DNA from: Candidatus Sericytochromatia bacterium
GTDB taxonomy: Bacteria; Cyanobacteriota; Sericytochromatia; UBA7694; JACMQJ01
Assembly (NCBI GenBank): GCA_046328015.1
Contig: JAXLXH010000001.1
Coordinates: 2,546,350 to 2,610,349 of the forward strand
Reading direction: 5' to 3'
Length of the DNA: 64,000 nucleotides
The notes beneath the pieces were generated by a model that did no database searches, was not told the origin of the DNA, and worked only from the letters and a program-made list of their open reading frames with translations. A program made the translations under genes and the position numbers. Positions 50,258 to 59,733 of this stretch are shown in pieces; within the stretch, counting starts at the first letter, position 1; every line of letters starts with the position of its first letter.

Positions 50258-51319
50258 CTATAAAACATGACACCAATTAAAAATATCCTCTTTTTCTCCA
50301 TATTGAATATCAGTAATCTCTTTATAGATTTTTTTTGCTAATTCACCATTTTCATTATTATTTATAATTATTTCTTTATCTTGGTGTCTTATTTTTCCAA
50401 TAGGAGAAATTATAGCTGCTGTACCAGAACCAAAAGCATCTTTTAATTTACCTTTAGCTGAAGCTTCTAAAACTTCATCTATAGATATTCTTCTTTCATT
50501 AACTTTTATACCCATGTTTTTTGCTAAATTTATAACAGAATCTCTAGTTACACCATCTAATATAGTGCCATCTAATGGAGGCGTAATTAATTCATCATCT
50601 ATAAAAAAGAAAATATTAGAAGTTCCTATTTCATCTATGTATTTCCTTTCTATTCCATCTAACCAAATAACTTGAGTATAACCTTGTTCTTTTGCTAACA
50701 TAGAAGGATATAAACTTGCTGCATAATTAGCAGGAGTTTTAGCCTCGCCTAAACCACCTTTTACTGCTCTTACATAATCACCTGAAGTAATTAAACTAAT
50801 AGGGTTTAAACCTCCTTTATAGTATGCACCTACAGGGCAAGTTATTACCATATATTTAAAAGTATCAGAAACTTTTAGACCCAAAAACTCTTCAGTTGCA
50901 AAAGTAAAAGGTCTTATATATAAAGAATTACCTCTTTTTTTAGGTATCCATTCCAAATCAACTTCTAATAAAGTTTCTAATGATTTTATAAATACATCAT
51001 AAGATACTTCTGGAATGCAAATTCTTTTATGAGAAGTATTTAATCTTTTATGATGTTTTTCAGGTCTGAAAAGTCTATGTTTACCATCAACACCTGTAAA
51101 AGCTTTCATTCCTTCAAAAACAGCTTGTCCATAATGTAAAGTAGCTAAAGATGGATAAAAACTTATTTTTTCAAAAGGTATTATGGAAGGATTACCCCAA
51201 ACGTTATTTTCATAATCCATTGAAACCATATGATCTGAAAAAATATGCCCAAAGCCTAAATTATCAAAATCTACTGTTTTTAAAATACTATTATTTGTTT
51301 TTCTAATATCTATTTGCAT
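50258..51319 (-). CDS. ilvE: branched-chain amino acid aminotransferase
   Basis: 'FSDHMV...YGQAVFEGMKAF' BCAT class IV signature. Confidence 0.9.
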   Translation of the reverse strand: MQIDIRKTNNSILKTVDFDNLGFGHIFSDHMVSMDYENNVWGNPSIIPFEKISFYPSLATLHYGQAVFEGMKAFTGVDGKHRLFRPEKHHKRLNTSHKRICIPEVSYDVFIKSLETLLEVDLEWIPKKRGNSLYIRPFTFATEEFLGLKVSDTFKYMVITCPVGAYYKGGLNPISLITSGDYVRAVKGGLGEAKTPANYAASLYPSMLAKEQGYTQVIWLDGIERKYIDEIGTSNIFFFIDDELITPPLDGTILDGVTRDSVINLAKNMGIKVNERRISIDEVLEASAKGKLKDAFGSGTAAIISPIGKIRHQDKEIIINNNENGELAKKIYKEITDIQYGEKEDIFNWCHVL

Positions 51320-51334
51320 TTATTTTACCTGTAT

Positions 51335-51420
51335 ATAGTGAAGCGTGAAGCGTGAGTCGTGAATAGATTTTTAATTTAGTTACAACTCACGGATAACTTT
51401 TCACGATTAACGCTTTATTA
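51335..51420. repeat. imperfect long inverted repeat with tandem 'gtgaagc' units between cysS and ilvE
   Basis: 'gtgaagcgtgaagcgtgagtcgtgaa...ttcacgattaacgcttt'. The arms pair (aagcgt.a.tcgtgaa). Relatively GC-rich for this DNA. Confidence 0.45.
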
Positions 51421-52810
51421 TTTCATAGCTATCTTTAGAATCTTTTACATCAAAACCTTTTTCATGTATCAAAGCTCTTATTCTATCTGATTCTTTCCAA
51501 TCTTTATTTTTTCTTGCAGTCCATCTTTCTTCAGCTAAAAGTAAAATTTCCTCAGGAACTTCTATTTTTTCATCTAAATCAGAAAAATCAAATAAATTTA
51601 AGCTAAAAATATCATCATATTTTTTTATTAATTCAATTTTATTTTTATTACCTAATTTATCTGAACCAATCATTTCCCAAAAAAATCCAATTGCTTTAGG
51701 TACATTCAGATCATCTAATAAAGAATCTAATATTTCTTTGTCAAAAGCTAATTGAATATCATTTCCAAATTCATCTTCTTTTGTAGAAATATTTCTTACA
51801 GCTTTTTTTAAATTAAAATAAGCATTTTGAGCTGATTTTAAAATATCATTAGAAAAAGTTAAGAAATTTCTATAATGAGATGTTAAGGCTAAGTATCTAT
51901 AAGCTAAAGGGTTAAAACCTGCATCTATTATAGTTTGAAGTGTTATAAAATTCCTTCCTGACTTAGCCATTTTTATAGTTTCTAAAACTAAAAAAGCACC
52001 ATGCAACCAATAATTTACAAATTTTTTTCCTGAACAACATTCAGATTGAGCTATTTCATTAGTATGATGAATTTGTATATGATCTGTTCCTCCTGAATGT
52101 ATATCAATATGTTCACCTAATTCAGCAAAAACCATAGCACTACATTCAATATGCCACCCAGGAAAACCAACTCCCCAAGGGCTATCCCACTCCATTTGTC
52201 TTTTTTTATCTGTTGGACTAAGTTTCCACAAAGCAAAATCTGTTTTATTTCTTTTTTCTTTAAAATCAACTCTTTGCCCTTCATTTAATCCTTCTATATC
52301 AAGTTTTGCCATTTTTCCATAATCATTGAATTTAGCAGTATCAAAATAAACACCATCTGAAGTTAGATAAGTAAAGCCTTTTTCTTCTAAAGTTTTTACC
52401 ATATTTATTTGCTCTTTTATATATTCTGTCGCATAAGTAAACTTTGAAGGGAAAGTTATATTTAAAAGTGATATATCTCTTTTAAAAGCTTCTGCATAAT
52501 ATTTTGATAATTCCCAAGCATTAGTACCTTTTTCTGCGGCTGCTTTTTCTACTTTATCCTCACCAAAATCTTCATCTGTAGTATTATGACCAACATCTGT
52601 AAAATTCATTATTTGTTTAACATTATATCCAGCTAATTTTAAGACTTTTTTTAAAATATCTGGAAAAATATAAGAACGTAAATTTCCTATATGTGCATAA
52701 TTATATACAGTTGGACCACAAGTATACATAGTTACTATATCTTCATTTATAGGAACAAAAAGCTCTTTTGTTCTACTTAGTGTATTATAAAGTTTTAGTT
52801 GTTTTTTCAT
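51407..52810 (-). CDS. cysS: cysteinyl-tRNA synthetase
   Basis: 'MYTCGPTVYNYAHIGN' HIGH region, 'KMAKS' KMSKS variant. 467 aa. Confidence 0.95.
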   Translation of the reverse strand: MKKQLKLYNTLSRTKELFVPINEDIVTMYTCGPTVYNYAHIGNLRSYIFPDILKKVLKLAGYNVKQIMNFTDVGHNTTDEDFGEDKVEKAAAEKGTNAWELSKYYAEAFKRDISLLNITFPSKFTYATEYIKEQINMVKTLEEKGFTYLTSDGVYFDTAKFNDYGKMAKLDIEGLNEGQRVDFKEKRNKTDFALWKLSPTDKKRQMEWDSPWGVGFPGWHIECSAMVFAELGEHIDIHSGGTDHIQIHHTNEIAQSECCSGKKFVNYWLHGAFLVLETIKMAKSGRNFITLQTIIDAGFNPLAYRYLALTSHYRNFLTFSNDILKSAQNAYFNLKKAVRNISTKEDEFGNDIQLAFDKEILDSLLDDLNVPKAIGFFWEMIGSDKLGNKNKIELIKKYDDIFSLNLFDFSDLDEKIEVPEEILLLAEERWTARKNKDWKESDRIRALIHEKGFDVKDSKDSYEIIKR

Positions 52811-52997
52811 ATATCAATTACAATTCTACTTTTTTAATTTATGTACATTTTATCATATATTAAATAGTAACTAATACAGAGGTAAAAACAAAGTTAAAGC
52901 AAAAATTTATAAGAATAAAACATAAAATTTATAAAATTATTTTTATCAATATAAAAAACTATGAGATAATTATAATCGTTTTTTATATAAAAAAATT

Positions 52998-54404
52998 TTG
53001 GTGATTAAAGATATGGATATAGAAAAAGTAATCTCTTTTGCTAAAACTAACAAAGAAGAATTTAAAAATAATTTGATAAAAATGGCAAAAATACCTAGTG
53101 TTAGTGCTGATGGATACCCACCTGAAGAAGTTGCAAAATCGGCTGAAGAAGTTGCTAATCAAATGAAATTCGCTGGTTTAACTAATGTTGAAGTAATTAC
53201 TTTTCCAAATGCACACCCATATGCTTATGGAGAATATATTTTTGATGATAAAGCTCCTACTATTTTATTATATGCACATCATGATGTTCAACCTCCTGGA
53301 AAACTTGATAAATGGATAACAGGAAGCCCTTGGGAACCTAAAGAAATTGATGGAAGATTATATGGTAGAGGTGTTGTTGATGATAAAGCAGGTGCTATGA
53401 TACATTTAGCAGCTATTAGATCTTATATACAAACAGAAAACAAATTACCTATTAATATAAAAATGATTGTTGAAGGAGAAGAAGAAATAGGATCTACACA
53501 TTTATCTCAATTTATTGAAAAATACAAAGATAAATTAAATGCTGATTGTATTGTATTAACCGATACTGCTAATTTATATGAAGGTTTACCATCTATTACT
53601 TATTTACTTAGAGGACAAGTTGGAGTTGATATAGAAGTAAAAGCACTTAAACAACAAGTTCATAGTGGAATTTTAGGCGGTCCATTACCAGATTCTGCAA
53701 TGGCTTTATGTCAATTATTAGCAACCTTAAAAGATGATCAAGGTAATTTAACTATAGATGGTATAAACAATGGTGTAAAAATTTTAACAAAAGAAGAAAG
53801 AGATAGATTAAATGCACTCCCATTTGATAAAAAAGTATTTGAAGATGATGCAGGGTTATTAGATGGAGCTAAAATGCATGAATATGAAGGAATATCTGTT
53901 TATGAACAATTATGGCACAAACCAGCTTTAACTGTAACAGCTTTAGAAAGTTGTACTTTAAAAGAATCAGCAAATCAAATTAGTGAAAGTGCCAAAGCTA
54001 GACTTGGATTAAGAATTGTTCCTAATCAAAATCCTAAAGAAATAAGAGATATTTTAATAAAACATTTAGAAAAAAATAAACCCGAAGGAGTTTTGTTAGA
54101 AATTACTCCTACTAAATCTTCTACTTGGTGGTTTACTGACTATAATCATAAAGCTTTTGACTTAGCTTGTAATGCCTTAGAAAAAGGATATAATAAAAAA
54201 CCTGTTTTTATAGGTTGTGGAGGAACTATTCCTTTTGTAAAACCATTTTCTGATAATTTAGGTGGGGTCCCTTGCTTATTATTAGGATTAGAAGATCCTA
54301 TTTGTCATGCACATTCTGAAAATGAAAGCTTATCATTAAGTGATTTTTATAAAGCTATTGATTCAGCTATTTATTTGTATGAGGAATTAGCTAAATTGAG
54401 TTAA
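52998..54404 (+). CDS. M20-family metallopeptidase (dipeptidase/deacylase)
   Basis: 'YAHHDVQPP', 'GRGVVDDKAG', 'EGEEEIGS' metal-binding motifs of M20. The start may instead be the ATG at 53013. Confidence 0.8.
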   Translation: MVIKDMDIEKVISFAKTNKEEFKNNLIKMAKIPSVSADGYPPEEVAKSAEEVANQMKFAGLTNVEVITFPNAHPYAYGEYIFDDKAPTILLYAHHDVQPPGKLDKWITGSPWEPKEIDGRLYGRGVVDDKAGAMIHLAAIRSYIQTENKLPINIKMIVEGEEEIGSTHLSQFIEKYKDKLNADCIVLTDTANLYEGLPSITYLLRGQVGVDIEVKALKQQVHSGILGGPLPDSAMALCQLLATLKDDQGNLTIDGINNGVKILTKEERDRLNALPFDKKVFEDDAGLLDGAKMHEYEGISVYEQLWHKPALTVTALESCTLKESANQISESAKARLGLRIVPNQNPKEIRDILIKHLEKNKPEGVLLEITPTKSSTWWFTDYNHKAFDLACNALEKGYNKKPVFIGCGGTIPFVKPFSDNLGGVPCLLLGLEDPICHAHSENESLSLSDFYKAIDSAIYLYEELAKLS

Positions 54405-54483
54405 AAGATTTTGAGTTATAAGTTAGAAGAAAATAATATCTATTAACTCATTAACTCTTAGCTTTTAATTAATAGAGGTTTAA

Positions 54484-55650
54484 ATGTTAAAATATCAAAT
54501 AACACAAAATGGAAATAAAATAGACTATGTTCTATTAGTAATGGTTTTAGCTCTTGTTGTTGTAGGTATTTTTGCTGTTTTTAGTTCTAGTGCTTATGTA
54601 GCTCAATTTAAATATAATAACAGTGCCTATTTTTTAATAAGACAAGTTATTTACACAATCGTTGGTTTAATAGGAATGTTTGTTGCGATGAAATTGGATT
54701 TTTATCATCTAAGAAAATATTCCAAAGTTATGATTATAGGTAATGCTTTTTTATTAATGTGTACCTATTTTTCTTTTTTAGGTGGAACTGTAGTTAATGG
54801 AGCTAATGGTTGGATAATAATACCTGTTATAAATCAAGGATTTCAACCATCTGAAATAGCAAAAATTGTAGCCTTAATATATGTAGCTAATATACTAGCT
54901 TACCCTAATTATAAAAATTTAGATATATTTACTAGAATTCTAACTACAATACCTATTGCTGGATTATTAGGAATAGTGGTTTTTCAACCAGATATGGGAA
55001 ATACCTCTATTATTACTATGGCTGTGTTATCAGTTTATTTTTCTGCTGGATTAAGTAAAAAATTAATTTTATCTGTAATGAGCTTTGTAGGCGTTTTAGT
55101 TACAGCCATAATTGCTTCAAACCCTTATCAATTAGATAGAGTTTTATTTTTTTTAAATCCTTGGCAAGACCCACAAGGAAAAGGATTTCAACTAATACAA
55201 TCTTTATTAGCAGTTGGTTCTGGTGGTATTACAGGTAGAGGTTTGGGACAAAGTATTCAAAAATTATTTTATTTGCCTGAAAGTCATAACGATTTCATTT
55301 TTGCTGTTTTTGCAGAAGAAACTGGTCTTATAGGAACTTTAACTATGATATTTTTCTTCTTTGTAGTACTAACAAGAGGACTTAATATAGCTGTAAAAAA
55401 TAAAGATAGTTTTATAAAATTGTTATGTACTGGTATAACTATACTAATCACAGGTCAAACATTTATGAACATAGGGGTTGTAACTGGTATTTTGCCAACA
55501 ACAGGAATAACGCTACCTTTTATAAGTTCAGGAGGAACATCTATGATTGTAAATTTATTTTGTATAGGTTTATTATTAAACGCCTCTAGTTATACTTATA
55601 CAGATTGGGAAGTTATAGAAGGTAATTCTAATAATAATGAAAATTTTTAA
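54484..55650 (+). CDS. SEDS-family peptidoglycan glycosyltransferase (FtsW/RodA)
   Basis: 10-TM pattern and conserved 'GQSIQKLFYLPESHNDFIFAV...LPFISSGG' SEDS motifs. Confidence 0.85.
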   Translation: MLKYQITQNGNKIDYVLLVMVLALVVVGIFAVFSSSAYVAQFKYNNSAYFLIRQVIYTIVGLIGMFVAMKLDFYHLRKYSKVMIIGNAFLLMCTYFSFLGGTVVNGANGWIIIPVINQGFQPSEIAKIVALIYVANILAYPNYKNLDIFTRILTTIPIAGLLGIVVFQPDMGNTSIITMAVLSVYFSAGLSKKLILSVMSFVGVLVTAIIASNPYQLDRVLFFLNPWQDPQGKGFQLIQSLLAVGSGGITGRGLGQSIQKLFYLPESHNDFIFAVFAEETGLIGTLTMIFFFFVVLTRGLNIAVKNKDSFIKLLCTGITILITGQTFMNIGVVTGILPTTGITLPFISSGGTSMIVNLFCIGLLLNASSYTYTDWEVIEGNSNNNENF

Positions 55651-55742
55651 GTTTTATTAAATTAAATTTACTGTTAAGAATGTTTTTCTATTTTTTTACT
55701 ATCTAATTAGCATATTTTATTTTTTATATAGGAAGTAAATTT

Positions 55743-56759
55743 ATGTCTGGGATAGATATTATAGGGAAAACAAATTCTTTACATGACGCAAGAGAATTAG
55801 CTAGAAAAAACTCAGGAAATGAAGCCATAATAAAAAATAATGATGGATCATATAGTGTACAAAAACTAACAATAAAAGAAACTAATAATATTGAAAGTAA
55901 AGCAGATGCAAATTTTGGGCCTTCAGTTGTAGAATTTTCTTTAGAAAAAAATGGGAAAGAAGAAATAATAATAAACCCTAACACAACATTTATTAATAAA
56001 TTAGAAAGCAAAACTGTTAATGCTCAAGAAGTTGGAATAGGAATAGCAAAATATTTAACAGATAAAGGCGAAAAGACCTTAAAAAAAGGAAACGAAGTTG
56101 TTCAATATATAGAAAATAAAGGAGATGAAATAGTTAAAGAAGTAAAAAAAGATTTAAAAGAAGCTATTAATAAATTTGAAAATTTTATAACACCTTTATC
56201 AGGCGATATAAAAAATTTCTTTTCACAAAAATCACCTGTTTTAAGAAGTTGGGAATCTAATTGTGGTCCAACTTGTGGAGCTAATATAGCTGAAATGTTT
56301 ATACCAGGAATATCAAAAGGAAATCCTAATTTTATTTTAAAAATTAGAGATATTGATGGACCTAAAGAACATGCTTTAACTGAACAAGAAATTATAAATG
56401 GAGTCAAAATAGCAACTAATGGAAAAGTTAAAGGAAAAGTTATTGATACAAATTATAAAAGTAATGAAAAAAATAATTTAATAAATGATATTAAAAAAGA
56501 ACTAAGTAAAGGTAATTTACTTATGCTATGTACAGGTTTTGGTAAACCAACTGAAAAGAAACCTGTCCCATCTAGACATTATATAGCAATAGTTGGTATA
56601 GATAAAAATGGTAATTTATTAGTATCTGACCCTTATAAAAAATCCCCTGGTTCTGATTTAGATGTTTGGACTCCTGAACAGTTACAAGACAGGATGAATA
56701 GAGCTACAAAAACTTCAAGTGGTGTAAGTAGCCTAACCTCTTTTGAAAAAGTAAAATAA
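55743..56759 (+). CDS. protein with C-terminal papain-fold cysteine peptidase domain (Peptidase_C39_2-like)
   Basis: 'WESNCGPTCGANIAEM' (Cys), 'RHYIAIVGID' (His), 'LVSDPY' (Asp). No signal peptide. Confidence 0.5.
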   Translation: MSGIDIIGKTNSLHDARELARKNSGNEAIIKNNDGSYSVQKLTIKETNNIESKADANFGPSVVEFSLEKNGKEEIIINPNTTFINKLESKTVNAQEVGIGIAKYLTDKGEKTLKKGNEVVQYIENKGDEIVKEVKKDLKEAINKFENFITPLSGDIKNFFSQKSPVLRSWESNCGPTCGANIAEMFIPGISKGNPNFILKIRDIDGPKEHALTEQEIINGVKIATNGKVKGKVIDTNYKSNEKNNLINDIKKELSKGNLLMLCTGFGKPTEKKPVPSRHYIAIVGIDKNGNLLVSDPYKKSPGSDLDVWTPEQLQDRMNRATKTSSGVSSLTSFEKVK

Positions 56760-56832
56760 ATTTGAAATTATTTAGTTTTTATTATAAAATATAAACTTAT
56801 AAAACTTTATAAATTTAATGTAAAGGAGAGTC

Positions 56833-57888
56833 ATGAAAAAACAAAACATTTTTTCTTTATTAATTTGCTCAGTTATAGTATTAAGTACTAGTATTGTAGA
56901 TTCTAAAGAAATAACTATAAATTCTAAATCTATAAAAAAAATTCAAGATAAATCTCTAAAAGAAAATGCTGAAAAGGCTTTTAAAAATAAAGAATTTAAT
57001 GATGCTGTAAAATACTATAGAGATTTGGTAAAAAAAGATAATTCTAATGAAGAATATATATATAAGTTAGCTATATCTCTATATGAAGTAGAAAATTATA
57101 AAGATTCAGAAACCTATTTTAATTATTTAAATGAATCTTCTAGTAATAGTAAATATTTATCAGATGCTAAAAATTATTTAGCTATAATAAAATCTGGAAA
57201 TTTTCCTAAAAAAAATAATAAAAAAAGTTTAATAAGTGTTCAAAGTAATTCAAGCGAAGATAATTTTGTAGAATTATCTGATAATGATAATCATTATTTG
57301 TGTAATCCTGATATAAATCAAAGAACTATTTTAAAAGAAGGAAATTTTGTAAGATGGGATGAAAGTGATTTCCCTTTAAAAATATATATTCCTAAAGTAC
57401 CAGAAAAATATCAAGGTGATTCTAAAGTTAATTATGCTGAAGTAGCAAAATCTAGTATGAGACAATGGGCTAACAGAGCTCCTAATATTGTAAAATTATC
57501 CTTTGTAAGTAGTGCCTCTTCAGCTAATGTAGTCGTCGAGTGGTTAGAATATTTTAAAGATGAAGCTTGGGGTAAAGCACATTTACCAGAATTTGATCCA
57601 TCAAAAGGAAAAAGATTTTCTAGAATATTATTAGCTACCAAAGCAAAACCAGGTAGTGCTTTATTTTCTAGTGACGCAACAAACTTTGGGGATGATGAAT
57701 TTAATAAATTGGTTGTTCATGAGTTTGGACATACATTAGGTTTAGTTCATAGCTATAAATCTGATGATAATTTAGATATTATGGCACCTGTATTTAGTTT
57801 ATTTAAAAGAGATATATCTGATAGAGATTTAGCCTCATTAAAAAAATTATATTCTTTACCTAAAGATAGTAAAGTTATCTGTAAATAG
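56833..57888 (+). CDS. secreted TPR + matrixin-like (M10) zinc metalloprotease
   Basis: Signal peptide. 'HEFGHTLGLVHS' HExxHxxGxxH zincin motif followed by a Met-turn region 'DIMAP'. Confidence 0.7.
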   Translation: MKKQNIFSLLICSVIVLSTSIVDSKEITINSKSIKKIQDKSLKENAEKAFKNKEFNDAVKYYRDLVKKDNSNEEYIYKLAISLYEVENYKDSETYFNYLNESSSNSKYLSDAKNYLAIIKSGNFPKKNNKKSLISVQSNSSEDNFVELSDNDNHYLCNPDINQRTILKEGNFVRWDESDFPLKIYIPKVPEKYQGDSKVNYAEVAKSSMRQWANRAPNIVKLSFVSSASSANVVVEWLEYFKDEAWGKAHLPEFDPSKGKRFSRILLATKAKPGSALFSSDATNFGDDEFNKLVVHEFGHTLGLVHSYKSDDNLDIMAPVFSLFKRDISDRDLASLKKLYSLPKDSKVICK

Positions 57889-58103
57889 TTTTAAAAGATA
57901 ATTATAAAAATACTTTTAGAATAAATTCTTAACTTGATAAGAACTATTCTATTTTTATATTAGTAACTTAGATTAATTAATAATATCACTTTTATAAATT
58001 ATTATAAAAGGTTATAATATAAATAATTTGTATAATACTTAGCTATAAAAATAAAATAATAAATTATTTATTTTGTAAATATTAGTATCAATAAAATTAA
58101 AAC

Positions 58104-58165
58104 CTACTTCAGGGTTCAATACCACGAAGCAGAGCTTTGAGGAATTCTATAAGATTAAATTTTAT
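58104..58165. repeat. partial family-A-like repeat upstream of the histidine-kinase gene
   Basis: 'cttcagggttcaataccacgaagcagagctttgaggaattctataagattaaatttta' aligns to the reverse complement of 63500-63578. Confidence 0.45.
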
Positions 58166-58232
58166 TCAAATAATACAAATAAAAATAAATAACTAAATAA
58201 ATTTGTTTTTAAATATAATAAAAAATTAGAGT

Positions 58233-59726
58233 ATGGAAGAAAAAAAAGTTTTTTTTATAGGAAGCAATGATTTAAAATTAAAAATATCTGATTATTTTGA
58301 AAAAATTAGTTTTGATAAAAAATTACTTTTTTTAGACTTTAATAATGAATTTAAGAACTCCTATGGTTTATCAACAAAGCTGGAGGCAGCTGAGGTATTC
58401 TCTAATAAGAATAAAATTAAGCTAAAAAAAGAACAAGAATCTAATTTTGAAGAATTAAATACAAAAAATAATCAAATAGCTATCATAGAATTAAATGATA
58501 ATGAAAAATTATTTGAATATATTAATCATATAAAAAATAATTTTTTTATTTTTATTATTAAGACATATAATAATAATTTTATTAGTAATCTTGCAAGCAT
58601 AGATAAAAAATTATTTATTTTTTTAGATAAAGAAGAAAAATATTTTGAGTTTCTGATAGTAAATATAACAAATTATTTAAATTTAATTGATGAACTAAGC
58701 ACAACAAAAAAAGCTTTAGAAGAAAAAAGAAAAAAATATATTTCTCTATTAGAGAACAATCCTATAGGTATTTTATTAGCAGATATAAAAGGTAATATTC
58801 TAGAAGTTAATGAATGTATGATAAAAATGTTAGGTTCACCTTCTAAAGAAGCTACAAAAAAATTAAATTTACTTACTTTACAAAAATTAGTTGAAGTAGG
58901 ATTTTCTGATGACTTACTAAATTGTATTAAGTTTAAAACAGCTATTACAAATGAATATCCTTATAAAACAGTTTGGGGCAAAGATGTTGTAATTAAATAT
59001 ATTATGAACCCATTAACAGATGAAAGTAATCAAGTAGTAGGAATTTATTGCTTATTTGAAGATATAACAGAAAAGAAAAAAATAGAAGAAGCCATAATAG
59101 AATCTTTACATGAAAAAGAAACCTTATTAAAAGAAATTCATCATAGAGTAAAAAATAATCTTCAGATAATTTCAAGCCTAATAAATTTACAGGCTAATAA
59201 AATAAAAGATAAAAGAATTACAGATATTTTTAGAGAAAGTCAAAATAGAATTAAAGCTATGTCAATTGTACATGAAGAACTTTATCAAAATAAAAAACTT
59301 ATCTCTATAAACTTAGAATCTTATATAAAAAACTTAACTTATTCTTTATATAAGTCTTATCGTTTAGACAATATAGATGTTAAATTTGATGTTTCAGTAA
59401 ATGATATTAATATAGATATTGAAAATATTATCCCAATTGCTTTAATATTAAATGAAACTATATCTAACTCATTAAAATATGCTTTTATAAATAAAAATAA
59501 AGAAGATAATAAAATAACTATAAATTTTTATTCGCAAAATTTAGATTTTATTATTATAATTAAAGATAATGGAATTGGTTTACCATCTAATATTGAAGAA
59601 CTAAAAACTAAATCTTTAGGATTATCTCTTATAGAAAGTCTAACTTCTCAAATAGGTGGAAGTTTAGAAATAGATTGTAATAATGGAACTTGTTACAAAA
59701 TAACATTTCCTATAAATCAAGAGTGA
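58233..59726 (+). CDS. cytoplasmic sensor histidine kinase, HisKA_2 type (degenerate receiver-like N-domain, PAS, HisKA_2, HATPase)
   Basis: 'EIHHRVKNNLQIISSLINLQ' HisKA_2 H-box. PAS region 'NPIGILLADIKGNILEVNE'. C-terminal HATPase 'IIIKDNGIGLP'. Confidence 0.75.
   Translation: MEEKKVFFIGSNDLKLKISDYFEKISFDKKLLFLDFNNEFKNSYGLSTKLEAAEVFSNKNKIKLKKEQESNFEELNTKNNQIAIIELNDNEKLFEYINHIKNNFFIFIIKTYNNNFISNLASIDKKLFIFLDKEEKYFEFLIVNITNYLNLIDELSTTKKALEEKRKKYISLLENNPIGILLADIKGNILEVNECMIKMLGSPSKEATKKLNLLTLQKLVEVGFSDDLLNCIKFKTAITNEYPYKTVWGKDVVIKYIMNPLTDESNQVVGIYCLFEDITEKKKIEEAIIESLHEKETLLKEIHHRVKNNLQIISSLINLQANKIKDKRITDIFRESQNRIKAMSIVHEELYQNKKLISINLESYIKNLTYSLYKSYRLDNIDVKFDVSVNDINIDIENIIPIALILNETISNSLKYAFINKNKEDNKITINFYSQNLDFIIIIKDNGIGLPSNIEELKTKSLGLSLIESLTSQIGGSLEIDCNNGTCYKITFPINQE
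58377..58419. repeat. repeat fragment 'aaagctggaggcagctgaggtattctctaataagaataaaatt' embedded in-frame in the kinase CDS
   Basis: 23 nt are identical to 63556-63578 and the upstream part resembles the family-A 'gcagctttgg' region. Encodes KLEAAEVFSNKNKI. Confidence 0.55.
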
Positions 59727-59733
59727 GGATAGT

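Noticed and set aside
52811-52997. T-box leader upstream of cysS
   Set aside because: The region is almost pure A/T and lacks the conserved T-box sequence (AGGGTGGNACCGCG-like) and the specifier/antiterminator structure.
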